A DNA stretch of 64,000 bases from a virus (IMGVR_UViG_3300030098_006079), one strand, 5' to 3'; positions 39,654-48,298 are shown, counted from the stretch's first letter. The notes: generated by a model not told the origin, from the sequence alone. A program made the numbers and translations.

Positions 39654-41231
39654 CTACTCATCAGTTTTAAACTCCGCTTTTTTTGTTCCTCGCCAATGAG
39701 GAAATTCTCTTCTACCAAAATTGTTACCATATGCGGTCCACATATGAACAGTAGTTCCGTGTTTAACTATAACAGGTCCCCAATCATCAAACTGTAAGCC
39801 AGGTATATCCATTTCACATACATACTGGTGTACATCGTTTGATATTAATAAGTGATCATTATCCCCTGCATCCATACAACGTTGAGCCATATTAATACCT
39901 GTACCGCTTACGTTAGGGTTATCATTTATATCTTTTACAGGGACTACTGGACCAGAATACAATCCATTCCTTAAACCAATACTAGAATGTTTATAAGTCA
40001 TACGCCCTACATCGACCATACACTTAAATGCAGCATTAACGCTATTAAAAAATACTAACGCCATACCATCTCCAGTAGGTAATATAATTAATTTACCTTG
40101 TCTGTCTGCTTGTTGATATCCTTGTGTACCTTTAACACAATCAATTAACTCATCTGTAACTTTCTTTTGCTCAGCTGTAGTCTTTTTAGAATAACCTACT
40201 ATATCCATAAAGTAGGTATGAGCTCGACATGGAGAGTCGTATTGAATTCCTTCTCCTTTTAACTTAAATGGATCTTGTCCCCACTTCCATTTTATAACTC
40301 TTTGTTTCTTTTTATCTTCTTCTTCTTTTTGTATTTTCTCAGCTGCTTCTCTTCTTGCTTTAGCTTGTTCGCCTGCTATTCTATTCTTTACAGCTTCTCT
40401 TTTCTCTTTTTTATCTTTTGATTCAAATAGTTTACCTAACAGCGTATCAGGTTCTTGTAATGCTTTTCTATCTTCATCTTGTTCTCTACGTTCTTTTCTT
40501 ATGCGATCTAAAGCTTCGTCGGCAGCTTTATTATCAAAAACTTGATTATTGACTCTTGGTTTGTATTTAGGATTATCCCTACTAGGGTGTTTACATGCTC
40601 CTCTTTTAACTAAGTAGTCAAGCATTACATTACTATTATTAGCATTAGCTATTTCCCAGGCATTATAATGGAATTGATCATTAGGATTGTAAGTTGATCC
40701 GTTTATGTTCGCTTTAGCATCTAATAAAATTTTAACTATATTAATATTGTTAATATCTACTGCGTAGTGTAAGGCCATCCACCCTCTATGGTCTCTTGCA
40801 TTAATTTTTAAACTATCATCTTCTAATAGACCTTCTATTTCATCTATATCTTCTAACTGTACGCATTGATGTAAAGTAAGTTCTTTATTATAAAACATAC
40901 CCCCTGCGTCTCTTAATGAACCTACAATTTTATGACGATTAGGTCCATCAGCTACATCCATAGCGGTAACTATAGGACATTCTTTGTCCTCCATTATCGC
41001 TAAGTTCCAACTACTCTGTCTAACACTTACTGGTTTACTTGGAGTGTTTGGATCTACTCCAGCTTCAAGAATAACGCTTACTATTTTTACTTTACTTTTA
41101 TTAGACGCGTAGTGAAGTGGAGTCCATCCGTTATCTTCATCTGTAGAATAAAATAAATTAGGAGTTTCTAAAGCCCTTTTTATACATCTTAAGTTCCCCG
41201 TCGCAGCTAATTGATGCAAACTCTCATCCAT
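39654..41231 (-). CDS. Ankyrin-repeat + coiled-coil + class III nucleotide cyclase fusion
   Basis: Ankyrins GWTPLHYAS and GWMALHYAV; cyclase FMDIVGYS, PTGDGMALVF, LRNGLYSGPV, GINMAQRCMD. Confidence 0.85.
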   Translation of the reverse strand: MDESLHQLAATGNLRCIKRALETPNLFYSTDEDNGWTPLHYASNKSKVKIVSVILEAGVDPNTPSKPVSVRQSSWNLAIMEDKECPIVTAMDVADGPNRHKIVGSLRDAGGMFYNKELTLHQCVQLEDIDEIEGLLEDDSLKINARDHRGWMALHYAVDINNINIVKILLDAKANINGSTYNPNDQFHYNAWEIANANNSNVMLDYLVKRGACKHPSRDNPKYKPRVNNQVFDNKAADEALDRIRKERREQDEDRKALQEPDTLLGKLFESKDKKEKREAVKNRIAGEQAKARREAAEKIQKEEEDKKKQRVIKWKWGQDPFKLKGEGIQYDSPCRAHTYFMDIVGYSKKTTAEQKKVTDELIDCVKGTQGYQQADRQGKLIILPTGDGMALVFFNSVNAAFKCMVDVGRMTYKHSSIGLRNGLYSGPVVPVKDINDNPNVSGTGINMAQRCMDAGDNDHLLISNDVHQYVCEMDIPGLQFDDWGPVIVKHGTTVHMWTAYGNNFGRREFPHWRGTKKAEFKTDE

Positions 41232-41239
41232 ATAATTAT

Positions 41240-41524
41240 TTATTCAGCATAGTAGAAGGGAATACTAGCCGAAGCGTGACATTCATAACACCTATCATAA
41301 GTTTTTACCAATAATTGTATATCATCTGCATGAATATTAACTGAATTATATTCAGGCATAGCCTTTAGTATGTCAACTTGTCTTTTATATGTTTGACAGG
41401 CAGCTATTTGAGCTCTTCTCTTAGCGTTACTGTAGGATTGAACGGCGAGAGCTGTCAATAGCGCTATAATTGTTATAGTGAGTAATAATTCTAGTAGAGT
41501 ATATCCTTTATTCCCATGCGTCAT
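41240..41524 (-). CDS. Small type IV pilin/pseudopilin-like protein
   Basis: Prepilin site KG-YTLLELLLTITIIALL; C-terminal CYECH. Confidence 0.8.
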   Translation of the reverse strand: MTHGNKGYTLLELLLTITIIALLTALAVQSYSNAKRRAQIAACQTYKRQVDILKAMPEYNSVNIHADDIQLLVKTYDRCYECHASASIPFYYAE

Positions 41525-42488
41525 CCCAATACCATCCCCATGAGTCGAAAGTTTTTCCTGATATATCTCTTAAATTCCACTCTCTTACATATCGTCCAAT
41601 ACCTCCACCCATCCAACCTTTCCATGGATGATTGTTAGGATAAGGGACAATAGCTCTTTCTTGTAACCACTGCAAATCTCTATTACCCGGGCTTACTACT
41701 TGTTCTAGACTAGTGTTAGGGTTCTTTACATGTTCTGGTATGTTTTTAGTGAGCTCTTCTAACCATCTTCTAAACTCAACATGCCCATCAGTAAATGATA
41801 CCACTGATCCATTTATATGATATATACCAGGCCAATCCATAGAAAATATAGACTCCTTATCTTTTAGTACAGGAACTACTCTAAAGTTACCTGCGTTAAT
41901 TGATTCTGCTGGCATCTCAATAAATGTAAACATGTTACTCGGGTCAGTTATATCTGCATATTTGTGATGTACTTTATATTGATTGTCATATAAAAAAGGC
42001 CATCCTGACCATCCACCTACAAATATATTCATACTGTATGATCTTGCTCGTTGTACAGTAGTAACTTTATTTGTACCAGAAGAGGGAGGAGGGACCATTC
42101 CCCATCTTCCACCATCCCAAGTTACAGTAGACTTATCTTGAGGACAACGATAGATACCTTTACCGGCATACTGGAACAAAGGAGACCAAATTAAAGACCT
42201 TTCCGTTTGAGCCCATTTGCTCCACTTACTACCACCTGACATACTATCAGCTACCCAGGCTCTTGGTGCAGTAGGTTCGTTGTGCCAAGCAGATGCGTAT
42301 GCTATTTTATCATCAGAGTCTAATGCTAGCTGACTCATAGCATAGTTTAGTTGCTTATGATTAGAAATACAAAGAGCTTTAGATGCAGACTGCTTTGACT
42401 TAGATAAAGCAGGTAATAATAAGGCAGCAAGTATAGCTATTATAGCTATTACTACAAGTAGTTCTATTAAAGAAAAGGCTTTTTTCAT
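41508..42488 (-). CDS. Prepilin N-methylation + H-X9-DG domain protein (PVC-type pseudopilin)
   Basis: KA-FSLIELLVVIAIIAILAALLLPAL; CPQD; HINGSVVSFTDGHVE = H-X9-DG. Confidence 0.88.
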   Translation of the reverse strand: MKKAFSLIELLVVIAIIAILAALLLPALSKSKQSASKALCISNHKQLNYAMSQLALDSDDKIAYASAWHNEPTAPRAWVADSMSGGSKWSKWAQTERSLIWSPLFQYAGKGIYRCPQDKSTVTWDGGRWGMVPPPSSGTNKVTTVQRARSYSMNIFVGGWSGWPFLYDNQYKVHHKYADITDPSNMFTFIEMPAESINAGNFRVVPVLKDKESIFSMDWPGIYHINGSVVSFTDGHVEFRRWLEELTKNIPEHVKNPNTSLEQVVSPGNRDLQWLQERAIVPYPNNHPWKGWMGGGIGRYVREWNLRDISGKTFDSWGWYWDDAWE

Positions 42489-42513
42489 CTCTTTAACTAT
42501 TTAGAGTTAAATA

Positions 42514-42753
42514 TTACTTACTCAAATAAGATGATAATAAAGAAGTTGCGAAACCAATCACAGAAGCTCCTATAGCACCATACATAATTATTTTAGTACT
42601 TAGTGTAGCTAATTGCACTTCTATTTTCTTTTGGTTCTTTTGAAGCTCTTCGATATCTGAGTTTAGACGACTTAACTCACTGAGTACCAAACGTCTCCAC
42701 TCAGCCCAGGAACCGTTCTCTAATTTATTTGGATCATTACTCATGCGGGACAA
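42514..42753 (-). CDS. Small coiled-coil protein with C-terminal TM helix
   Basis: Heptad pattern followed by IIMYGAIGASVIGFATSLL. Confidence 0.55.
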   Translation of the reverse strand: MSRMSNDPNKLENGSWAEWRRLVLSELSRLNSDIEELQKNQKKIEVQLATLSTKIIMYGAIGASVIGFATSLLSSYLSK

Positions 42754-43078
42754 GGGTTACTTTTTTATGTATTAATTTGCCATTTCTGTTTAGATCTCTT
42801 ATCTTTACTGTGTGAGTGGCACCATTGATATCTACTGTGACTGTCTTTCTAGACCATTTTGAAATATCTACACCAATAATACTTTTTAGACCCTTGTTGT
42901 GGATTTCTGTACTATCCACTTCAAATGACTGTTGAAAGAATTCATTGCACCATTTAATTCTGCCTGCTTCGGATACCAGCACGATGGAATAATCCGCTTC
43001 AGTAACATAATTAATAAAGTCGTTTTCATGCAGCTCTAGCTGATGTGTCAACTTTTCTAATTTCTTCAAATTAGTCAC
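42737..43078 (-). CDS. Stand-alone PAS-domain protein
   Basis: SIVLVSEAGRIKWCNEFF...EIHNKGLKSII; TAAATA box upstream on the minus strand. Confidence 0.6.
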   Translation of the reverse strand: MTNLKKLEKLTHQLELHENDFINYVTEADYSIVLVSEAGRIKWCNEFFQQSFEVDSTEIHNKGLKSIIGVDISKWSRKTVTVDINGATHTVKIRDLNRNGKLIHKKVTLVPHE

Positions 43079-43112
43079 TTGTAATTATTTATGGAAAAGC
43101 TACAATAAAAGT

Positions 43113-43874
43113 ATGAAATTTGATAAGCCAAGAATTTTGGTCATTGGTGATAAGTGCGCTGATCAGTACGTTTATGGTAATGTGACGCGTCTTTGCCCGG
43201 ATGTTCCTGCGCCTGTCTTCAAACCTGTTAAGACTGTCCAGACAGATGGTATGGCTGGAAACGTAGCCCGACAGTTAAGAGAGTGGGACTGTTATGTTGA
43301 TACTAAGTTTAACGAGGAATTTATTTGTAAGAGAAAATACATCGATGAGAAGACTAATCATACTATCATTAGAGTAGATACTGAAAAACCTGTTAGTCGG
43401 ATACAATCTGATAATTTAAATGAATTATTACATAATGCTAACGAAAAATGGGATGGTATTATTGTATCAGATTATGGTAAAGGATTCTTACATCAACAAG
43501 ATATTAGAAAGATTTGTGAGGCACACCCATTAGTGTTTGTTGATACTAAAAAGACTTTAGATCATAATTTTAAGTCATGTGCTTTTATTAAGATAAACGA
43601 ACCCGAATGGAACGCTACAAAAGATAATGTATCATCTGAAGTAAAAAATAAAGTTATTGTGACGCTAGGGGGTAAAGGTTGTATGTATAATGGTAAGACA
43701 TATCCTGTTAACCCTGTAGACGTTTTCGACTTATCTGGAGCTGGTGATACCTTTATGTGCGGATTAGTCACATCTTATATTCACGAACAAGATATTGATA
43801 CAGCTTTATTTTGCGCTAATGATTGCGCTGTTCGTGTAGTCCAGAAAAAAGGTGTTGCAACAATCGAGATTTGA
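43113..43874 (+). CDS. HldE/RfaE domain I-like PfkB sugar (heptose-7-phosphate) kinase
   Basis: ILVIGD..DQYVYG...RLCPDVPAPV, GMAGNVA, SDYGKG, VDTK, DLSGAGDTF. Confidence 0.85.
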   Translation: MKFDKPRILVIGDKCADQYVYGNVTRLCPDVPAPVFKPVKTVQTDGMAGNVARQLREWDCYVDTKFNEEFICKRKYIDEKTNHTIIRVDTEKPVSRIQSDNLNELLHNANEKWDGIIVSDYGKGFLHQQDIRKICEAHPLVFVDTKKTLDHNFKSCAFIKINEPEWNATKDNVSSEVKNKVIVTLGGKGCMYNGKTYPVNPVDVFDLSGAGDTFMCGLVTSYIHEQDIDTALFCANDCAVRVVQKKGVATIEI

Positions 43875-43888
43875 TATATAATAATGAT

Positions 43889-44140
43889 ATGGGTTATCAA
43901 GACTTAAAACTACTCAAGCGGCCTAAAGGTACAACTCATGCACGGATTGTAACTGATCAAGGTAAGAAAGCTAAATGTCCTATCAAAGACTTCGAAGTAT
44001 TTGAAGGTGTTGAAGGTGAAGTAACATTCTTAAAAGAAGAACGTAAAGGTAGTGTACGAAAATATAAAGAATTAGGTAAGATGCATTTTGATGGCGTATG
44101 GCCCATTAGGGTCGATGAAGAGGAAACTGTAGGAAATTGA
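43889..44140 (+). CDS. Hypothetical protein
   Basis: ATG 43889 follows the kinase; the longer track ORF overlaps it. Confidence 0.55.
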   Translation: MGYQDLKLLKRPKGTTHARIVTDQGKKAKCPIKDFEVFEGVEGEVTFLKEERKGSVRKYKELGKMHFDGVWPIRVDEEETVGN

Positions 44141-44159
44141 ATAAATTATAATAAATATT

Positions 44160-44522
44160 ATGAGTATGAAGAAAATCATATTGACAGTAGCCTTAATCGG
44201 CTTAATGAGTAGTCCAGTCCAAGCGGGCTGGTTCGGTGCGAAGTTCGGAGAAACATCTAGTGTTACTCTTTTCGGTCAAACACTTCAAGTGTCTGTTCCA
44301 AGTGTAACATTGGGGAGCGCAGCTGGTACGAAAGTATCTGCATCAGCAGATTCTGGTAGTGCTAGTGTTTCACTTCCGTTCATCAAAATAGGAGCTAAAA
44401 CTCCTAAACTGACTGTAGGAGTACCTGGTACCCAAAAGGTATCTGTTTCTACAGAAGGTATCAAAACAGTAGGAGCTAAAAAGGCGGGTCCAGCTAAGAA
44501 GAAAGCTGGTAAAAAGAAGTAA
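44160..44522 (+). CDS. Exported protein with Lys/Ala-rich tail
   Basis: Signal peptide; beta-rich body; AKKAGPAKKKAGKKK end. Confidence 0.55.
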   Translation: MSMKKIILTVALIGLMSSPVQAGWFGAKFGETSSVTLFGQTLQVSVPSVTLGSAAGTKVSASADSGSASVSLPFIKIGAKTPKLTVGVPGTQKVSVSTEGIKTVGAKKAGPAKKKAGKKK

Positions 44523-44546
44523 GCTTCTATCTTAAAAATGGGGATT

Positions 44547-44579
44547 GAAGAGTCAGTCTTTCGAGGCTGGCTCTTTTTT
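44547..44579 (+). terminator. Intrinsic terminator
   Basis: gaagagtcagtc-tttcga-ggctggctcttt plus T run. Confidence 0.7.
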
Positions 44580-44629
44580 CTCTAAAATAAAAGGTTGAAA
44601 TTTAAATTTCGTATGCTATAAATAATGTT

Positions 44630-44863
44630 ATGAAAGCATTCTTAAATTATGAGTACATGATTACTCCTGGTGTTCTTAAGATTCTATCTTATATCGGAAT
44701 GGTGTTAGCAATTATTGCTGGCTTGTTTACCGCGTTCACAGCTGACTTATGGACTGGACTCGGTACAGCAGTACTTGGACCAATCATTGTACGTATCTAC
44801 GCTGAGCTGATGCTCATCATCTTTGAACTACATAAAGAGTTAAAGAAGATATCATCTAAGTAG
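44630..44863 (+). CDS. DUF4282-family membrane protein
   Basis: FLNYEYMITPGVLKILSYIG...GPIIVRIYAELMLIIF. Confidence 0.75.
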   Translation: MKAFLNYEYMITPGVLKILSYIGMVLAIIAGLFTAFTADLWTGLGTAVLGPIIVRIYAELMLIIFELHKELKKISSK

Positions 44864-45233
44864 ATAACAAATATATAATCTGTTGAAGATTATCTAGAGA
44901 GACCCTGTCAAATATAAGGCAGGGTCTCTTCATTATCTCATCTCCGATTCTTAGTCCATATACTTCTTCCTCGACTTCGACTAGATCAGTTATAAAGTCA
45001 GTTAGATACAATTGCTTTATCCATTTGTAATAGATGTCCTTATTGTGTTTGTGCGTTTCTAAAAGGAACTCAGCGTCTTTCTTAACAAAAGTAGATATGT
45101 ACAAACAAACTGATCGAATAGCGAGAGGCTCAGAAGGTGGACACACAATCCCTTCTCTGAATATTATTGGCTTAGTGCTTGCCATCCCTCTGGAAATATT
45201 TATAATCTTTGGTATGGGAATGATAGATAACAT
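44856..45233 (-). CDS. Hypothetical protein
   Basis: 125-aa ORF convergent with DUF4282. Confidence 0.45.
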   Translation of the reverse strand: MLSIIPIPKIINISRGMASTKPIIFREGIVCPPSEPLAIRSVCLYISTFVKKDAEFLLETHKHNKDIYYKWIKQLYLTDFITDLVEVEEEVYGLRIGDEIMKRPCLIFDRVSLDNLQQIIYLLST

Positions 45234-45405
45234 TCGATCAGCTAAAGACGTAAAGAGCGCTCAAGAGTTCTTAGATGCATTAAAAGGCTACGGACAAGCT
45301 TCTGAGAAGACATTGCGCCGAGCTCAAAGAGCTCTTTCTTCAAAGGAACAGGAACTTAACGCTCCGAAGAAAGAGAAGAAATCAAAGAAGACGAAGAAGA
45401 AATAG
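45214..45405 (+). CDS. Small basic hypothetical protein
   Basis: ATG after TATAAT; K-rich tail. Confidence 0.45.
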   Translation: MGMIDNIRSAKDVKSAQEFLDALKGYGQASEKTLRRAQRALSSKEQELNAPKKEKKSKKTKKK

Positions 45406-45524
45406 TTTCTTCTTCACGACAATTGTCACACAATAGTTTGAGTGTGTGGTTAATATTCGTCCATGTTAGCTCTTGTTCTTTGTATCTTTGCTTACAATTT
45501 TCACACTCACACATATAAATACTT

Positions 45525-46142
45525 ATGAACATGCAGTCATTTAAAAAGTTCTTCGAAGATCAGGAAACAGCGTTAGTTCCTTCTGCTGGTGAACCTCTCT
45601 CTTCTTTCTTACAGAAGCTTGAAGGGTCAACTATCAAACAAATACTCGACAAGACTTCTTTCCTTAATTTGTATTTCATGAACAAGCATGGCCTTGGAGG
45701 AGCAGCTCAAGGTTCTGATAAAGCTATACAAGACTTCTCTGAAGATTTAACTCGATTTGTCAACAGAGATGAAAAGGGTAGAGGACCTAGTTCGTTTAGA
45801 CCTAGAGTGTATGAGACAGATGAGTTCAAAGCTAAGCATAATTACGATGAGTATAAAGAGTTAGATAGACAATATCGACAAGCATTTAAGAAAGTGTTTA
45901 TGGCTCGTCGAGAGGATGATAAGAAAGCGCTTGCTGCTGCTGAGAAAGAAAAAGAACAATTCTCTGCTGCAATGGCAAATTCAGAGTTCGGTAAAGCTGA
46001 AAAGGCTGCTCGTAATGCAGAAGATGAGTATGTAGAAACTTTACACAATACTCCATTAAGTTCCGAACAACTATCTGATGATGGTAGTGAAGAATATAAA
46101 GAGCTAGAACAATCTTACAATAGAGTACTTGAGTACTTATAA
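45525..46142 (+). CDS. Hypothetical late protein with capsid-targeting-like leader
   Basis: Late promoter at 45514; N-terminus MQSFKKFFE. Confidence 0.55.
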   Translation: MNMQSFKKFFEDQETALVPSAGEPLSSFLQKLEGSTIKQILDKTSFLNLYFMNKHGLGGAAQGSDKAIQDFSEDLTRFVNRDEKGRGPSSFRPRVYETDEFKAKHNYDEYKELDRQYRQAFKKVFMARREDDKKALAAAEKEKEQFSAAMANSEFGKAEKAARNAEDEYVETLHNTPLSSEQLSDDGSEEYKELEQSYNRVLEYL

Positions 46143-46154
46143 TATAATAACAAC

Positions 46155-46337
46155 ATGAGTCCTGATACATTACCTAAGAGGATCTTTTTTTGCTTACTAA
46201 TCATAATATTAGTATTTGGCGCGATGGGTTGTAGCACAACCAAGTATGAATGGTTACCAGAAGACCAACCACCGTTACATATTCACGAAAAAGAAACTGG
46301 TGTAATAAAAGGTACAATTGTAAAGTTATCCTTTTAA
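46155..46337 (+). CDS. Putative small lipoprotein
   Basis: Hydrophobic segment ending AMGC. Confidence 0.45.
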   Translation: MSPDTLPKRIFFCLLIIILVFGAMGCSTTKYEWLPEDQPPLHIHEKETGVIKGTIVKLSF

Positions 46338-46338
46338 T

Positions 46339-46725
46339 ATGGATGTATTTGAACAAATAACTCATAAGTGGTTCATTAGATGGTGGGCTACTATTTGTTT
46401 CTTTCTTGGTATAGGAGTAGTATTTGTTGCTCATTCAGCTCCTATGAAACCAATTGATGCTGACATGGAAGTAAAGATACCTGGCTTAGTTTGCTCATCA
46501 TGTGCAATTGGTATTAAAAACTATTTCAAAAAAGAAATCAATGTAAAAGATATTACATTTGATATTAAAAAAGAACTTGCGCTCATTGACTTTGTAGAGT
46601 CGAATGGGATAGTTCAGTTCCTGAGAAATAGCAAAGTTGTTGAGCTAGTAAAAAAAGCTGGCTATGAGGTGAAAAGTATCAAAAGACTTGACAAAAGTTC
46701 TCCAAATCGATACAATAAACCATAA
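46339..46725 (+). CDS. Exported heavy-metal-associated (HMA) domain protein
   Basis: TM/signal then IPGLVCSSC...KKAGYEV. Confidence 0.75.
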   Translation: MDVFEQITHKWFIRWWATICFFLGIGVVFVAHSAPMKPIDADMEVKIPGLVCSSCAIGIKNYFKKEINVKDITFDIKKELALIDFVESNGIVQFLRNSKVVELVKKAGYEVKSIKRLDKSSPNRYNKP

Positions 46726-46736
46726 ATAATTTTAGT

Positions 46737-47114
46737 ATGTCACACAAAACAGAACTTAGAAATTACTTATCAGCCGCTGGCGATGATGGTTTCGGTAGCC
46801 CGGGAAATAATAGTAACACACCATTCCGCGCTATTGAACAGGCTAAGTGGAAGCTAGAACAGACTGAGCAGGCGGCTCGCGACTTATTTAAATTTTTAGA
46901 TGAGACATGTGAGATTGATGGTCTTGATGTTGCTCGTACAACAGCAGCTACTCAAGTCAAAAAGGTTACTGATTCATTAACCGCAGCTAAATCTGCTGTT
47001 GCAGCTCTTTCATGGACTGATTTAGATGATCATTGGCCAACCGCAAAAGCAGCTGTCTCAGATTTAACTGATTACGTCGAACCAGAAGAATCTCCAGCAA
47101 GCCCTGCTGAGTAA
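46737..47114 (+). CDS. Hypothetical late protein
   Basis: CATAAATA upstream; 125 aa. Confidence 0.55.
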   Translation: MSHKTELRNYLSAAGDDGFGSPGNNSNTPFRAIEQAKWKLEQTEQAARDLFKFLDETCEIDGLDVARTTAATQVKKVTDSLTAAKSAVAALSWTDLDDHWPTAKAAVSDLTDYVEPEESPASPAE

Positions 47115-47139
47115 TTTTTTGAATAAAAAGTTTAATTTA

Positions 47140-47330
47140 AGAGAAAGCATACGGTCTCGTAATGAGAAACTGTATGCTTTCTCTATATTATTCCCTATTG
47201 CTTTTATACTTCACGAGCAACCTTCCGACTTCCCTTTAGATAAATACGCTTCTCCAATAACTGAAGAGCAAGAACACGAATATCGCAAATCTTTATCGGT
47301 AAAGTAATCCTACCTTTACTGAGTAAAGAT
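47140..47330. other. Pair of long intergenic hairpins
   Basis: agagaaagcatac/gtatgctttctct (47140-47184) and atcttta..ggtaaag/ctttact..taaagat (47289-47330). Confidence 0.6.
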
Positions 47331-47351
47331 AAAAATATCCCGAGAAAGTAG

Positions 47352-47380
47352 TTGACGTTTAGCTTCGGATACGCTATAAT
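47352..47380 (+). promoter_or_regulatory. Sigma70-type early promoter
   Basis: TTGACG-17-TATAAT, leader ggcgttgttagagATG. Confidence 0.8.
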
Positions 47381-47396
47381 ATTGGCGTTGTTAGAG

Positions 47397-47771
47397 ATGA
47401 TAGCGAATGACTACAAAAACCTCGCGGCTGAGAGCACAAGCTCCAGATTTGCTTCAGTAAGTTCAGAAGAAGCTTTTATGAAAGATCCAGTTGAAAAGAA
47501 AGGACTCCTTAAATGGGGTGATCGTAAATTCATCGAGCATAAGAATTTTGCTTACGGAGATGTGACAGTTTATTCTGTTCCTGTTAAAGGTAAAATTGAC
47601 AAGGATAGGATTAGAAAAGCTCTTGATAAGAAGTTCCCTCGTCAATCTTCATATGGTAAATTGAGATGGTTTACTGGTCATGCAGTTCTTAATGAAGGTG
47701 ATATTGGATTTAAGAAAACCAATATAAAGAATACAGTTACTGTTGAGCAGCATTTCGGAATTGCAGACTAA
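47397..47771 (+). CDS. Hypothetical early protein
   Basis: ATG follows the promoter leader; the track start lies in the -35 box. Confidence 0.6.
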   Translation: MIANDYKNLAAESTSSRFASVSSEEAFMKDPVEKKGLLKWGDRKFIEHKNFAYGDVTVYSVPVKGKIDKDRIRKALDKKFPRQSSYGKLRWFTGHAVLNEGDIGFKKTNIKNTVTVEQHFGIAD

Positions 47772-47772
47772 T

Positions 47773-48024
47773 ATGAAATTAGAATACGATAATACTCTCG
47801 ACCGTCGCAGAGATCCAAGAGGTCCTCTTGCAAAGAAAAAAGTTTATGTGCATGGTATTGCTGAACCAGTTGAACTTAAGTTCGAAGAATGGGAAAAACT
47901 TCCTAGTGATATTAAATTAACTAGAGGTGAGTGCAATCAGCTTTATAATATTCTCACTTATAATCTAACCAGCCCTACAGCTAGCGTCAAGCAATTGATC
48001 GCTAAGCTCGAGAAGCAAATCTAA
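47773..48024 (+). CDS. Hypothetical protein
   Basis: ATG 1 nt after the upstream stop. Confidence 0.5.
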   Translation: MKLEYDNTLDRRRDPRGPLAKKKVYVHGIAEPVELKFEEWEKLPSDIKLTRGECNQLYNILTYNLTSPTASVKQLIAKLEKQI

Positions 48025-48026
48025 GC

Positions 48027-48054
48027 TTGACGTTCTCTCCAGATAAGATATAAT
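48027..48054 (+). promoter_or_regulatory. Sigma70-type early promoter
   Basis: TTGACG-16-TATAAT, leader tgtgttgttagagATG. Confidence 0.8.
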
Positions 48055-48070
48055 TATTGTGTTGTTAGAG

Positions 48071-48298
48071 ATGAAAGTTAAAACTGAAAGAACTGATAGG
48101 GGGCATGGAAGCCCATATGATCGAGGAACAGCTGATAGTTGGTATAGCCGTACTCCAAAACCTCATTACTTCGAAGGTGATACATATTACTCTCCTAAAG
48201 TAGAAGAGAAGGATATGAGTAAAAAGCAGATTTCTGAGTACTGGGCTGGTTATGATGATAACGAAGCTGATACTTCTATGAGAAAGGATTGGGAATAA
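48071..48298 (+). CDS. Conserved small phage protein
   Basis: RGHGSPYDRGTADSWYSR...YWAGY...KDW. Confidence 0.65.
   Translation: MKVKTERTDRGHGSPYDRGTADSWYSRTPKPHYFEGDTYYSPKVEEKDMSKKQISEYWAGYDDNEADTSMRKDWE

Noticed and set aside
42514-42753. Holin call for the small TM protein
   Set aside because: No adjacent endolysin or spanin; a single C-terminal TM segment is insufficient evidence.
47119-47307. 62-aa ORF in the track
   Set aside because: TTG start within a T run, no recognisable features, and it spans two long hairpins; more likely non-coding.
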